A DNA stretch of 64,000 nt, taken from contig NC_083281.1 in assembly GCF_963506605.1 (NCBI RefSeq), forward strand, positions 434,001 to 498,000, written 5' to 3'. Positions 1 through 13,067 of this stretch are shown piece by piece. The notes beneath the pieces are model-generated. The model did not search any database. It was not told the origin of the DNA and saw nothing but the letters and a program-made list of their open reading frames with translations. The position numbers were made by a program, and so were the translations under genes. Each line of letters opens with the position of its first letter. Within the stretch, counting starts at the first letter, position 1. The stretch is from Zootoca vivipara. Its lineage: Eukaryota.

Positions 1-746
1 CGGCTTCCGATTGGCTGCAGGAGCATTTCCCGGAAAACTGGTGTCTTATTTATCCGCTCAGCGGTCGTGAAAGCAGGAAAAAACTTTGGCTCGGGTGCCG
101 AAAAGATGTTTGGGGCTCCCACCCCATATCTGCCTTGTGCTGCCTCCTGAAAACTTGTTGTCAGAGTCCTTTGCTGCATCACAGTTAGCACCTTGGGGGT
201 TTAGCAGTGTATGTGTAATGAATTTTTATTTGATTTTCAAAAATATATCCATGCAACAGAAACAATTCTGAATCTAATTATCAAGATTGAATCTCCTGAC
301 TCCCCCCCCATCCCTTCCATGGGTCCCTTTGAATCTTATTTTCAGCTGCATATCACCCCTTCTCCAAATTCTTGTCTTCCTAACTTATCCATCCATTCTG
401 TACATTACAAGTGCGTTTCAAACCCTGCTAATGCTTACAGTGATCTTGTATATAAATCCTAAACTTTGCCCCTTCTTTTATTGTCTTCTTGATTTCTGAG
501 CTTCCCAGTTTGGCCTAGTCCATCCACTTGGTTTGTCATTCTGAGTTAGCACCTTGTTGACTGGCGGCCCCTGTTTCCCTTGCAGCCTCATTCACGCCAG
601 TCTCTGCGCTCTGCGCATGCTCCAATGTCCTTTTCCTGCAGATGCTCCTTGCTGCTGCCGCCTTCTGCGCTGGTCTTTCCTCCTGCAGCTTTCGATCTCT
701 GCTGCCTTCGCTGTTAACGTTCTTCAGCCCCTTTCCTCTGTTGCAG

Positions 747-867
747 ATACAATGCAAGTTGTTTGTCTTTGATAAGAACTCCCAGTCTTGGGTCGAAAGA
801 GGCCGGGGACTCCTGAGGCTGAACGACATGGCTTCCACAGACGACGGGACGCTACAGTCGCGCCTTG
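747..867 (+). CDS. RANBP3: RANBP3 internal coding exon (RanBD1 domain); gene starts upstream of window
   Basis: ttgcag|ATA...CTT G|gtaag; encodes IQCKLFVFDKNSQSWVERGRGLLRLNDMASTDDGTLQSRL, a Ran-binding domain. Confidence 0.95.
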
Positions 868-1085
868 GTAAGAGCAGGTGCAGAGAGCAAGCCCCCGGGA
901 ACTGGGGGCCGCAGCCGGGGGCCACATGGGGAAGGGTCTGCCAGGGGAAGCATTGCAAAGGCCAGCCGGCCGTTGGGGCTGAGCAGGACGGACACACACC
1001 CCAGAGATAGAAGACTTCCGTAGAAAGATATTGATATGCCACTGATTCCAACTGAAACAAGGAGGGGCTTTCTGACAGCAATGAT

Positions 1086-1390
1086 GGCGATGATAATAAA
1101 GTTTATGCCCCACCCACCTGGCTGGGTTTCCCCTGCCACTCTGAGCGACTCCCAATAGAATCTTTAAAAACGATAAAACATCAAACATTAAAAGCTTCCC
1201 TGAACAGGGCTGCCTTCAGATGTCTTCTAAAAGTCGGGTAGTTGTTTATTTCCTTGACATCTGACGGGAGGGTGTTCCACAGGGCGGGCGCCACCACCGA
1301 GAAGGCCCTCTGCCAGGTTTCCTGTGATCTCGCTTCTTGCAGGGAGGGGACCACCAGAAGGCCCTCGGGAGAGGGGCCCCGGTGTCCAGG
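1086..1390 (-). mobile_element. L2-type LINE 3' fragment
   Basis: Reverse complement of the 3' end of the 21023-22373 element. Confidence 0.8.
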
Positions 1391-1457
1391 GTGGAGACGC
1401 TGTGATCCGAAATAAAATGCCTGGTTGCTCGTTTCAAATTTATCTCTCTCTCCTCAG

Positions 1458-1600
1458 TGATGAGAACGCAAGGCAGCCTTCGGCTAATCCTGAACACCAA
1501 GTTGTGGGCTCAGATGCAGATCGACAAAGCCAGCGAAAAGAGCATTCGAATCACAGCGATGGACACAGAGGACCAAGGGGTCAAAGTCTTCCTTATATCG
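1458..1600 (+). CDS. RANBP3: RANBP3 coding exon
   Basis: cctcag|TG ATG...TCG|gtaag; VMRTQGSLRLILNTKLWAQMQIDKASEKSIRITAMDTEDQGVKVFLIS; phase matches previous exon. Confidence 0.95.
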
Positions 1601-2041
1601 GTAAGGGGGGGTAAGGCGCAAGGGGCAGAGGCGGGCGGCGCTGGGAGTGGGGTCCACAGGCCACATGGGAAGCGCAAAGAAGCACAGAGTGATGCGTGTT
1701 GGGGCAGAAAGACTTGCGCCCATGCTCGGGGTGGTGGGGTCTGGACCTGGTGGAGCCACCACAAACAAGACCTCGGGGTTGTAGCTGATTAGTCTTGAGG
1801 AAGGGGCAGCCGATTTGCAGGAAATATTCTATGACCCCCAGAAAAGAGACAAAGCACATACTGTATTTCTCCGTATATAAGACAACCCCTATTTTTGGAT
1901 CCCAAAATTAAGAAATAAATAATTGCAACATTCCATGTAGACTCCCAATTTCAAACTTAACAAAATTGGCGGGAACCATAGTATTATACACGGAAAAATA
2001 CACGTAATTTTGTATCCAAAGGAAATCTTCAATATAAATTA

Positions 2042-2256
2042 CAGTGGTACCTTGGCTGTCAAATCTAATCCGTTCCGGGGGTCCCAGAACTGTTCGGAAA
2101 CCAAAGCACAGCTTCCGATTGGCTGCAGGAGCTTCCTGCACTCAATTGGAAGCCACGTCGGACGTTCGGCTTCCAAAAAACGTTCGCAAACTGGAACACT
2201 TCCTTCTGGATTTGCAGCATCCAGGAGCCAAGCCCTTCGGAACCAAGGTACCACTG
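2042..2256. mobile_element. Tigger/pogo-like MITE
   Basis: TA-CAGTGGTACCTTGG...CCAAGGTACCACTG-TA. Confidence 0.85.
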
Positions 2257-2508
2257 TATGAGAAAAGGCACACACTCCATGCTAGGGGTCATCAGGAAAT
2301 GAATTGAAAGCAGAGCCGACAAGATCGCAATGCTGTTGACAAACCTTTGGGGCTCTGTGTGCTCTCCTGGTTGCCTCACCTCCCAAAGGATGTTGTAGGG
2401 TTGAGGAAAGGGCGAGTGGAACGATCCGAGGGAAGGTTGTGCCCTTTGGGACGACTTTGAGTGCAAGGCCTGGAAGGAGGAGGTAGAGGAAAGTCTGTCC
2501 CTCTACGC

Positions 2509-2760
2509 CAGGGGTCAGCAACCTTTTTCAGGAGGGGGCCGGCCCACTGTCCCTCAGGCCTTGTGGGGGGCCCGGACTATATTTTGGGACAAAAGAATGA
2601 ACGAATTCCTATGCCCCACAAATAACCCGAAGATGCATATTAAATAAAAGCACACATTCTACTCATGTAGAAACACGCTGATTCCCGGACTGTCCGTGGG
2701 CCGGATTGAGAAGGCGATTGGGCCGTATCCAGCCCACAGGCCTGAGGTTGCCTACCCCTG
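2509..2760. mobile_element. hAT-type MITE (same family), TSD CTCTAYGC
   Basis: CAGGGGT/ACCCCTG termini; 8-bp flanks with one transition; third copy at 23674-23890. Confidence 0.85.
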
Positions 2761-2811
2761 CTCTATGCTAACATTGAGAACTCTGGGACTTACAGTGAAG
2801 CTGCATGTTGG

Positions 2812-2974
2812 NNNNNNNNNNNNNNNNNNNNNNNNNNNNNNNNNNNNNNNNNNNNNNNNNNNNNNNNNNNNNNNNNNNNNNNNNNNNNNNNNNNNNNNNN
2901 NNNNNNNNNNNNNNNNNNNNNNNNNNNNNNNNNNNNNNNNNNNNNNNNNNNNNNNNNNNNNNNNNNNNNNNNNN
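2812..2974. other. Assembly gap
   Basis: Run of N. Confidence 0.99.
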
Positions 2975-3365
2975 ACCTAGGGAACTCCCTCCCTCCCGCA
3001 GGAGCCAGTGCCAGTGATGGGCCCTGACCTGGGTGTCTCTTTTTTTGGCTGCTTCTATCTTTTTTTTTATTAAAGATTTTCTTGATTTACAAAAATCTGT
3101 GCAATGTCTCTCGTAATGTTTTTATCAATTGGTTTCATTTGTTGAGATGGGGAAAGGTGGGTGGGGGAGGGGTCGGGTGGCGATGTTTCTATTTTGCTTA
3201 ATATATGTGAGGGTTTTGTCAGCTTCACTTGTGCAGGTTCTCTGTTGTTCCCTTGTGTTCCTTTGGGGGTGAGAGAGGTTGGGGTTGGCCTAGGGTATGG
3301 AACAGCTTGCGTTTGGTGCCCTCCCGCCACCCACTTTTGAGAGCGAGCCGTTCTTTGCCCCGCAG

Positions 3366-3546
3366 GCCAGCTCTAAAGACACGGGGCAGCTCTACGCAGC
3401 CTTGCACCACCGGATCCTGGCCTTGCGGAGTCGGGTGGAACAGGAGCAGGAAGCCAGCAGCGCGGCGCCCGAGCCCGAAGTGACCCAGTCCAACGAGGAA
3501 GACAGTGACGACGACGTCCTTGCCCCGTCAGGGTCGCCTGGAAGTG
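3366..3546 (+). CDS. RANBP3: RANBP3 penultimate coding exon
   Basis: ccgcag|GCC AGC...AGT G|gtgag; ASSKDTGQLYAALHHRILALRSRVEQEQE...EEDSDDDVLAPSGSPGS. Confidence 0.93.
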
Positions 3547-4022
3547 GTGAGCAAGGACCGCGGGAGGCCAGGTCTCCCTTTTCCAGGGGCCTTAAGCATC
3601 TCCCACATTTTGTGGCGTTGCATTTTCAGTTTCCTAGACCGGGGGCTTTGCTAACGGCAGAGGAGGTTTGAGGGTGTTTATTTCTACCCTGCCAGTCTGG
3701 CTGGTTTCCCCAGCCCCTCTGGGCGGCTTCCCACAAAATATTTTAAATACATGAAAACATCATTCGTTAAAATCTTTTCTAAACAGGGCTGCCTTCATGT
3801 TAATATTCTCCTTCCTCACTCACGCTAGTGAGCTGGTAGCAGACCACATTGGATTCGTGAGAATCACTTGAGGGAAGCAATCCATTCTGGATTTGTTCCT
3901 GGTAAATCCCCTTTTAATTCCCTCTCTTAAAACAACAACGACACATTAATCTTCTCTTAAAGCAAGGTTGACTCACTTTCAGTCCACAGTGTGATCCTGG
4001 AGGAGGCAGGCTTTAGCTTGCA

Positions 4023-4636
4023 CAGGTGAAACTCAGAAAATTAGAATATCGTTGAAGAGTGCATTAATTTCAGTAATGCAACTTAATATTTTTTTCTTTT
4101 TCTTTTAATTTTTACAAATGCTTTCTTTTGGAAATTCCACAGTAATAAAACAAATAGTTACAATGATACAGTGGTACCTCGACATCCGAATGACTCGACT
4201 GCCGAAGGTTTCGACTTACTAAGTTGGCAAACCCGGAAGTCTTTTCGCCGTGTGCACGTTTTGCGCCTGCGCAGAAGCAGCGCGTGCGGTCAGCGCATGC
4301 GCAGAAGCACAAAATTGCACATGCGCAAAACAGACGCTTCAACAACCAAAGGATTTGACTTATGAAGAGCGCTGCGGAACGGATCACCTTCGTAAGTTGA
4401 GGTACCACTGTACAACAATAAACAAAAATAAACATCACTATTACGTTTCATTAATTACATTCCATTTATAATTGACCCGCCTAATGACAAATAATTACAT
4501 TTACAACAAATAAAGGCTTGACATATCTTGCTTTGTATGTCATGCATCTATCTCATATATTGGTTTCACCTTTTAAATTGTGTTACTGAAATAAATGCAC
4601 TCCTTGACGATATTCTAATTTTCCGAGTTTCACCTG
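4023..4636. mobile_element. Tc1/mariner MITE with nested Tigger-like MITE (4169-4410)
   Basis: Long TIRs CAGGTGAAACTCRGAAAATTAGAATATCG; uninterrupted copies at 47235-47577 and 49965-50323. Confidence 0.87.
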
Positions 4637-4649
4637 TAGGTACCGAGAA

Positions 4650-5113
4650 AAGTGTGGGTTCATCTTTATGGCCCAGGACCCTCGTACTTACGGGACTGTC
4701 TCTCCCAGTATGCCCCGCGGAGGACCTTAAGGTCCATAAACAGTAATACCTTAGAGGTCCCGGGCCTGAAGGAAATCAGAATAGCCTCTACTAGAACCAG
4801 GGCCTTCTTAACACTGGCACCGACCTGGTGGAACGCTCTGTCTCCTGAGACCAGGACCTGCGGGACCGGATTGCTTTCCACAGGGCCTGTAAGACAGAGT
4901 TGTTCCGCCTGGCATTTAGCCTGGAGCTAATCTGATTCCCTCCCCCATTTTCCCTTTCTTTTTCCCTTTTATATGAGGCTGCATTTTTTAATTTTTAACT
5001 TAATTTTGATGTATGTGGTCTTGTTGTTTGAGTTGTATTTTAATCAGTTGTTTTATATTTGGTGTTAGCCGCTCTGAGCCCAGCTTTGGCTGGGGAGGGC
5101 GGGGTATAAATAA

Positions 5114-5163
<50 letters not shown>
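4650..5163 (+). mobile_element. L2-type LINE 3' fragment (different subfamily) with (ATT)n tail
   Basis: GPGPSYLRDCL..Y.P.RTLRS...RAF...APTWWNAL C-terminal L2 motif. Confidence 0.75.
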
Positions 5164-5314
5164 GAATGAGCCCAGGTGCTGCTGCTCAGAGCCAGCACAC
5201 GGCAAATTACATCAAGATAGAACAAAAAGAAGAAGGGAAGATGGCTGTGTAACCGGCCCTTTTATGGGGTCTCCCCATCTACCTGGTCACACACAGAGGA
5301 AAGATGCTCTACAC

Positions 5315-5450
5315 CAGGCATCCCCAAACTTTGGCCCTCCAGATGTTTTGGACTACAATTCCCATCTCCCCCGACCACTGGTCCTGTTAGCTAGGGATCA
5401 TGGGAGTTCTAGGCCAAAACATCTGGTGGGCTGCAGTTTGGGGATGCCTG
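5315..5450. mobile_element. 136-bp palindromic hAT-type MITE
   Basis: CAGGCATCCCCAAACT/AGTTTGGGGATGCCTG; TSD CTCTACAC/CTCTAGAC; second copy at 45273-45408. Confidence 0.85.
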
Positions 5451-6099
5451 CTCTAGACCAGGTGGAACAGAAAGTCCTCCTGGCTGGACCAACATCCCCC
5501 TGTCCACTCTAGGCAAACAGGAAGTGTTGTACTTGACTGCTTTTGGGGTGTTACATCCCACAGAGTGTCCCCCTAAACCTGTTTCGACCAAGTTGGCCAT
5601 TTTTCGTGTGCAGGGAGGGATTACGTTCCGAGGCACCATGCGCATGCTCAAGCAAAAGCTCATATTATTGGGGGAACCCCGTCGAAAAAGCCTGGAAACT
5701 CCCTCTAAAAACCATTGGGAAACCCTTTTTTAAAAACCCACCCTAATTGCTCCCTTGCAACCTTGCTCAGACTCCCAACTCTGCACAGCCTTCACAGATT
5801 GATGCAACGCTTTGCTGATGCAGTTTTTTGTTCCGTTTTCATGTTCTCTTGGTCCTTTTTTGTGCCGGCTTCACAGCGAGGCCTTGGAGGCGTGTATACG
5901 GGGGGGGTTGTCTGTTACCATATTTTGTGGGTTTTATTTGCATGTCATTTGGATGTATTTGACAGCTGCAGAAAATTCCTAACGAAACGTTAGGGACAGG
6001 GGGGGGGGGACTCTAGTCGCCTGGAGCCGCTCTGGTCTCTCTAGGTGACCACCAGTGGCCGGTTTTGCAGCACCTCCTTCTCTCCCCCCCCCCTTGCAG

Positions 6100-6143
6100 G
6101 TCCCACCAACGAAGGGGACGGGCAGACAACGGGCGGCACATAG
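6100..6143 (+). CDS. RANBP3: RANBP3 terminal coding exon
   Basis: ttgcag|GT CCC ACC AAC GAA GGG GAC GGG CAG ACA ACG GGC GGC ACA TAG = GPTNEGDGQTTGGT*, resembling the mammalian C-terminus (..EGDGQTTGST). Confidence 0.9.
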
Positions 6144-8680
6144 CAGCCGCAATCCGCGCTGCCGGCAAGAGCCGCCGCCCCCCGCCGACACCACCGCCCT
6201 CTTTGCAGACCCCCCTCTTGTGGGGCGGGGAGGGACGCCCTCCCTCCGACCAGCTCTTGCTCCGGGCAGCGACGGAAGCGCTCGAGATTGATGAACTCTG
6301 CACATCCCAGTTCTGGGTTTTTTTTTTCTTTCCCCCCTTCCTCCCCCATCGTGAGTTGGACTTTTGGGGGGGCGGGGCAGGGGGGCGAATCTGTTGATTC
6401 CATATTAAAACAAGAAAACAAAACGCAGCGGACTTTGGACAAAACAGGCTGAATGTGGTTTTGGGACATGTAAAAAAAGAAAAAAAATGCTCATCATATT
6501 GATGAGTCCAGGGAGGAGAGAAATCCCCTTTTCCTCCCTTCCTCTCTCTGCCCCCCCCCCTCCACACTTGGCGAATATTTGAGGGGGGGAGGCACCTTGA
6601 GACTTGCCACGACTTGCCCGATTCTCCTCTTGGCAGCCCTCGAGGCCTGTGCCGCAGGCGAAATCCTTCTCCACACGGAAGACTCTTCTCTCCCCCCCAC
6701 CCCCCATTTGCCGTTTTCCCTCCTCTTTTTCTTTTTTTTTAAAAAAAGAAAAAAACACTTGCCCCGGCAGAAGAATCTTTCGTCCGACGGACATCTCTTG
6801 TCGTGTTTTCTCCTTCCTTGCCTCATCCCCAAACATCCACCCAATTGTGGCTGACGCGGAGAGACGCTTTGCTAATTTTTTTGGAAGGGGGTGTCTTTTT
6901 AAACTCTGCCTTTCCCCCCGGTTACATCTCACCAGGCCAATTCCTTCCTCCGATTTGTTGTGACTATCATTACTACTGGTTTGCCTTGCTTCAGTCGTGG
7001 CATAAACTATTCCTTGAAAGGTAGCCCCCCAGTTTTGAACTGGATTATCCATCTCTCTTGTGCGTCGAGCAAATTGGGGGGGGGGACCTTTTCTGTTCTT
7101 ATTTAAGACAAGCAAAGCTATCCTACAAAATTCCCCTCAAATTTCCTCCTGGTCTTGTCACGGCGCCAAACAGCCGATTTGTAGGGTGAGGAGGGGGCTT
7201 TGATTTGCTCTCCCCCCCCACCTGATCCAGGAATATTTGCTGGGCACGCAAAGAAAGAAAGATATACCCCCCCACCGCAAGCGTCTTTCCCCGTGATCAG
7301 CCTACCTGGCGTTTGAGAGGGGCGTGTGTGTTTATTTCTTTTCTGGTTGGTAAAAACTTGCTGCTGTGTGTTATTAATATTATTTTTAAAATCGGAACGT
7401 GCCCTGGAATCGCCATCTTTAGAACGGGGCGCGGGGGTGTGTGTGTGTCGTATTCTCTGCCCCTTTGGCTTTTTGCCGGCCAAAGATGGCTTGCACCGTC
7501 TTTTTCTGGGTTTCTAGTGAGCGGCGAAGATGCCTCCGGGTTGATACGGAGGCAGCCTCGAAGTGCATGTGGCCGGGAACTGGACATCGCACCCTTCAGG
7601 CTCTGGACGGGGGCGCAAGCGGGATTCAGGGGGGAACACGCCCATCCACGGAGTACAGTTGGAAAAGCCGGCAGCTACCCCTGCTGGGCACACGGTTCCC
7701 AAGTAAACAGGGCCGTACCTGGTGGGGAGCCTTGGTGTGGCTGAACTACGACTCCCAGAGAGCTCTAGTTCAGCAATGCCCAGAAGGCAAAAGGGTGCTC
7801 TTGCCCCTTGAGCCGAGGCAGCCCCAGCTCCTGCCATCCCCCCCCCCCCGCAGGACAGCTCCTCCAGTGCAGGCAGTTTCCGCCTCTCCAAAGAGCGACA
7901 ACTGTCCCAACTCTTATTTTTAAAGCCCTTCAGAGAAAATTGGGTGGGAAAATCTGGTCCTCAGTGCTAAAAAGAGACTTGCAAGGTGTGCGTTTACGCA
8001 GGCATGGCAGGGGGGTGTCCACTTCCTTCGGACCCCCAGAGTCCTGAGGGCTCCCCCGTTTGGGTGTCACACGTGCGAAAGGGTTTGCGAGAGGGCAGCG
8101 CTCGAAAGGAGAGCGCCTTCCAATGGTTAAGGTTGCATTGAATGTGTTTAAACAGTTTTCCTCCTGCAGAGTTCATCCTTTCCGGGGGGGGGGGGTTATA
8201 CACACACATATATATCTGGCAGCTATTTATGGATGTGGTTTGGATCCGGACACAAGTCACTTGCAGCGAAAGAAGAGGAGAGGGTGGATGGGAAGATGAA
8301 TTTTTAAAATAATTTCCTGTTGCACAGTCTCCTGTTTCCTCTGCGTACTTTAGCCAGTCAGAAAACACCTGTTCCCCCCCCCTTTTCTCTCTCCCCTCTG
8401 GTCCTGCGTTTTATTATTGCTCCCTTATTCCTCTCCCCAGTGTTGGAGGAAGGTTGGCTGGGCCAGAGACAAGGCTGCGTTGAAACTTTTCCCTTCCTTC
8501 CCCCCGTTTTCAACGCTCCCAACTAGCGACAAGTTGAAAAAAAACCAAAATACAATTCCCCCCCAAAAAAAGGCAAAAGACCCAGACAACGACCCCTGTG
8601 TTTTGGAAGATTTCTGTACAATTGTCATATCAGATGTATTTGGGAATTACATTAAAAAAAAGAGACAAAACTTGTAACAA
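6144..8680 (+). other. RANBP3: Probable long RANBP3 3' UTR; candidate poly(A) signal ATTAAA at 8651-8656
   Basis: About 2.5 kb with no recognisable transposons, rich in homopolymer tracts, after the stop codon; ends in a TGTA/ATTAAA context; exact end inferred. Confidence 0.55.
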
Positions 8681-8720
8681 TAAGTCCTGCTTGCTTGGCT
8701 GGCTTTTTCTTCCATTCTCG

Positions 8721-8855
<135 letters not shown>

Positions 8856-9099
8856 CTATTCGACACGCATCACCCTCATGACCATTTATTCCTGCCTTGC
8901 CAGAGGTCAGACTAGAGGACCTTTGGGATACCATCCACCTCTGCAGTTCTCAAATTCTAGGGTGGTCATTACAGAAGTACTAACAAAAGTTGCATGCCTC
9001 TTTTCACCCATAGATCTCGGGGCACTTCTCGGCGTAAAAATACAAGGTGATTGGGTGGTTTCCAACATACTGTATATAAAACCACAATAAAACATTACA

Positions 9100-10266
9100 C
9101 CTTAAAAGGTTTCCCTGTACAGGGCTGCCTTCTAAAGGTTACAAAGTTATTTATCTCATTTATCTCTGTGACATCTGATGGGAGGGCGTTCCACAGGGCG
9201 GGAGCCACCACCGAGAAGGCCCTCTGTCTGGTTCCCTGTAACTTCACTTTTTGCAGGGAGGGAACCGCCAGAAGACCCTCGGAGGTGGACCCCGGTGTCC
9301 AGGCTGAATGATGGGGGTGGAGACGCTCCTTCAGGTCTACAGGACCTAAGCCGTTTAGGGCTTTCAAGGTCAGCTCAGAAACATCCTGGGAGCCAATGTA
9401 GGTCTTTCAAGACCAGTGTTATGTGATCTTGGCGGCCGCTCCCAGTCCCCAGTCTAGCTGCTGCATTCTGGATTAGTTGTAGTTTCTAGGTCACCTTCAA
9501 AGGCAGCCCCACGGAGAGTGCATAAAAAATGGCAAAAAAGGCAATCACGGGAATATGTAATCAGCGCAAAAACAAAACTATACTGTGATAAATCCCTGAA
9601 ACGAGATTTTGATAAAGTGAATAATAATAAGAAAACTAAACTAATAATGGTTCAAAAAAACAAAATTAGCTTAAATCTCCCAAAAGAAACGATATAGAAA
9701 AAACAAATTTCTCAAAGAAACCTCTAAATAAAGTAAACCTTGACGGGGTGCCTGCTGAGTGACTCGTTTCTAAGACTGACATTATAACATCACAACTAGG
9801 AGAGTTTTTACAGCCCTCTACCTAATCTTTTTCAAATAGCTATGATATTCATTATTTGAACTGTCTCATAGGATTAACTAACCTTTGGTTTAAACAAAAC
9901 TAGAGTCTTATTTTGGGGGAATTTACCCCAGACTGTGGTGTAGCTTTCAGTTCTTTTCAGAGTCTACAGTTCCTGTCTAGTTTTTGATAAGAAAACCTCA
10001 GCCCCTAAATTTTTTTCTTTTGATGAAACAGATAGAGATTTTCCAGTGAAACAAGAATTGTTTTTTTGAACAATTATTAGTTTAGTTTTCTTATTATTAT
10101 TCACTTCATCAATATCTCATTTCAGGGATTTATCACGGTACAGTTTTGTTTTTGCGCTGACCACATAGAGCGCATGGCAGTAGTCCAAGCGGGAGAAAAC
10201 CAGAGCATGCACCACTCTGGCGAGACAGTCTGTGGGCAGGGAGGGTCTCATCCTGCGTACCAGATG
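9100..10266 (-). mobile_element. L2 fragment split by an AT-rich foldback insertion (9524-10166)
   Basis: 9100-9523 and 10167-10266 are contiguous parts of the L2 RT C-terminus. Confidence 0.8.
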
Positions 10267-10593
10267 GATCATTTATTCCTGCATTGCCGAGGGTCAGACT
10301 AGAGGACGCTTGGGGTCTCATCCGGCTCTGCAGTTCTAGGATCACCATTATCTAATTACTAACTAGGCTTCTATACCTCCTTTCACCCATAGATCTCAGC
10401 GGTTCTCGGCATGAGGTGAAAAGCAGCCAGGTTTTTTATGTCCAAGCAGGGCGATCTGTGGCCCCTGGGTTTTGGGGCCCCCAGGGGCCAGCAGCTAGCA
10501 TGGGCAATGGTTAGCGATGCGGGTGGGAGGAGCGGCAGCCAAAACTGCAGCTTACTCCATCCCGAAGGACCTGAGAAGAGCTGTGCAGGATCA

Positions 10594-11004
<411 letters not shown>

Positions 11005-11096
11005 CTACCCTCAATGCCAGTTACAAAGGGGGTGTAACAAAGGAAATTCCCTGTACAGTATTGCAAAAATAGATGAACTCTAAACTACCACAGGCA

Positions 11097-11231
11097 NNNN
11101 NNNNNNNNNNNNNNNNNNNNNNNNNNNNNNNNNNNNNNNNNNNNNNNNNNNNNNNNNNNNNNNNNNNNNNNNNNNNNNNNNNNNNNNNNNNNNNNNNNNN
11201 NNNNNNNNNNNNNNNNNNNNNNNNNNNNNNN
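11097..11231. other. Assembly gap
   Basis: Run of N. Confidence 0.99.
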
Positions 11232-11289
11232 AGAACAAACAAGCAAACAAGCCTTTCAACAGTCACAATCCAGTAACCTTGTGATAATA

Positions 11290-11595
11290 GAATCATAGAA
11301 TCATAGAGCTGGAGGAGACCACAAGGGCCATCCAGTCCAACCCCCTGCCAAGCAGGAAACACCATCAAAGCATTCTTGACATATGCCTGTCAAGCCTCTG
11401 CTTAAAGACCTCCAAAGAAGGAAACTCCACCACACTCCTTGGTAGAAAATTCCACTGCCGAACAGCTCTTACTGTCAGGAAGTTCTTCCTAATGTTTAGG
11501 TGGAATCTTCTTTCTTGTAGTTTGAATCCATTGCTTCGTGTCCGCTTCTCTGGAGCAGCAGAAAACAATCTTTCTCCCTCCTCCATATGACATAA
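11290..11595 (-). mobile_element. CR1 LINE 3' fragment
   Basis: [28 protein letters not shown]; (ATTCTATG)n tail. Confidence 0.9.
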
Positions 11596-12282
11596 TAGAA
11601 GTGCCAAGTTTAGAAACTCTTAATTAAACAGAAAGTATGTAATAGAATCGCAGGGAATGAGAGTCTGTCGTTCATTGAACGGAATTGGATATTAGTTACT
11701 AATATTCTTAATATCCGTGTCTTGCCTGTGATTGTTTAGAGTTTCTAAGTGGGGGCAGGAGGGTGGGTGGGCGGCAGGGAAGTATAAAGGAGGTTTTGCA
11801 ACCTTTTTAGTTCAAGGAAAACTGGGGCAATGGGATGCAGGCTTTATAACAAAGGGCGCAATGAAATAAAACACTCGTAATACAAGTAGAATTGGCGGTA
11901 ATACACCGAAGCTGAGCATTGGAAAATTTGGGATGGATAAAAGGAAGAACTTCATGAAATGCAGAGTTACAACAGCGGAACTCCCTGCCACAGGAGACAT
12001 GGACGACCACCAACTTTGGAAAGAGGGTCAGACAACTTAACAGAGGAGGGTGTAGCTTCTAAGCTCTCCCACCGCAGTGGGCTGGGTGCTTCTGAATTCA
12101 TTCATTTATTTCAGTCGTACACCACCCTTCGCCATGAGATCCCGGGGGCGGTTCACAGATTAAAATACAAGGATTAAAAACAAGGCCCACTGCAGAGGGT
12201 TTCTGCTGCTGCGACATATAAATGGAGCCTCCATGGATGGAGGCAGTCTACCTTAGAAAAGCGGCAAACAAAACTCGCTCAC

Positions 12283-12460
12283 CCGCAAGGCCTCCAGGAA
12301 CTCGTCAAAGTCCAGCGTGCCGCTCTGGTTCTTGTCGCAGGAGGCGAAAATCTCCTGCGCTTCGCCCCGTTCCAGGGGGACCCCCGCATCGCGGAGCCCC
12401 TGCACAAATTCCTCCAGGTCCAAAGTTTTGCTCCGGTCGTCGTCCATGACCCGGAAGAAC
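12283..12460 (-). CDS. CAPS: Calcyphosin coding exon 2 (EF-hands 1/2)
   Basis: cgcag|G TTC TTC CGG...TTG CGG|gtgag; FFRVMDDDRSKTLDLEEF...CDKNQSGTLDFDEFLEALR. Confidence 0.95.
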
Positions 12461-13067
12461 CTGCGAGAGGAGAAAAGGAAGGTTTTGCTTTTCTGTGAGA
12501 TACTTGCTGTTATTTTCCCATGCATAAGAGTATATTTCCCCCCCCAAAAAAATTTATGTTTAAAATTGGGGGTCTTATACACAGAATGTTGCAATTATTT
12601 ATTTCTTAATTTTGGGCTCAAAAATGGGCCATTGTATACATGGGGGCGTCTTATACACGAAAAAATGTGGTATTTTATTTATTTCCTATATTCCTCTTGA
12701 GTGTAAAAATTAACAAACCTCAAAGCAGTCTAGAGAAAGGATGAAACACTTACTGGTGAAAACAGTTGTTTAAAATGTTTGCAATTAAATTTAAATCGCT
12801 AAACTAGGGGGGGGGCATTAAAACACATGCCGATATGTCTGGACAATGGTTTTCAACAGTGCTTTTTGCAGGGGGGGGGGGGCGTGTATCCCTAAACATT
12901 TTATGAATCATTTGTACTTTGGTCCATTTACTGTATTTATTTTCCCCGATTTGAACTACAAAATGGTGGTTTTCTTGAGTCAAAACATTTTTTTAGGGGG
13001 AAAAAGCTCTGGTTTTCAGCAAGAAATGAGTAACGGCTGTCAGACAGAGCGTATGTCCTTTACGTAC

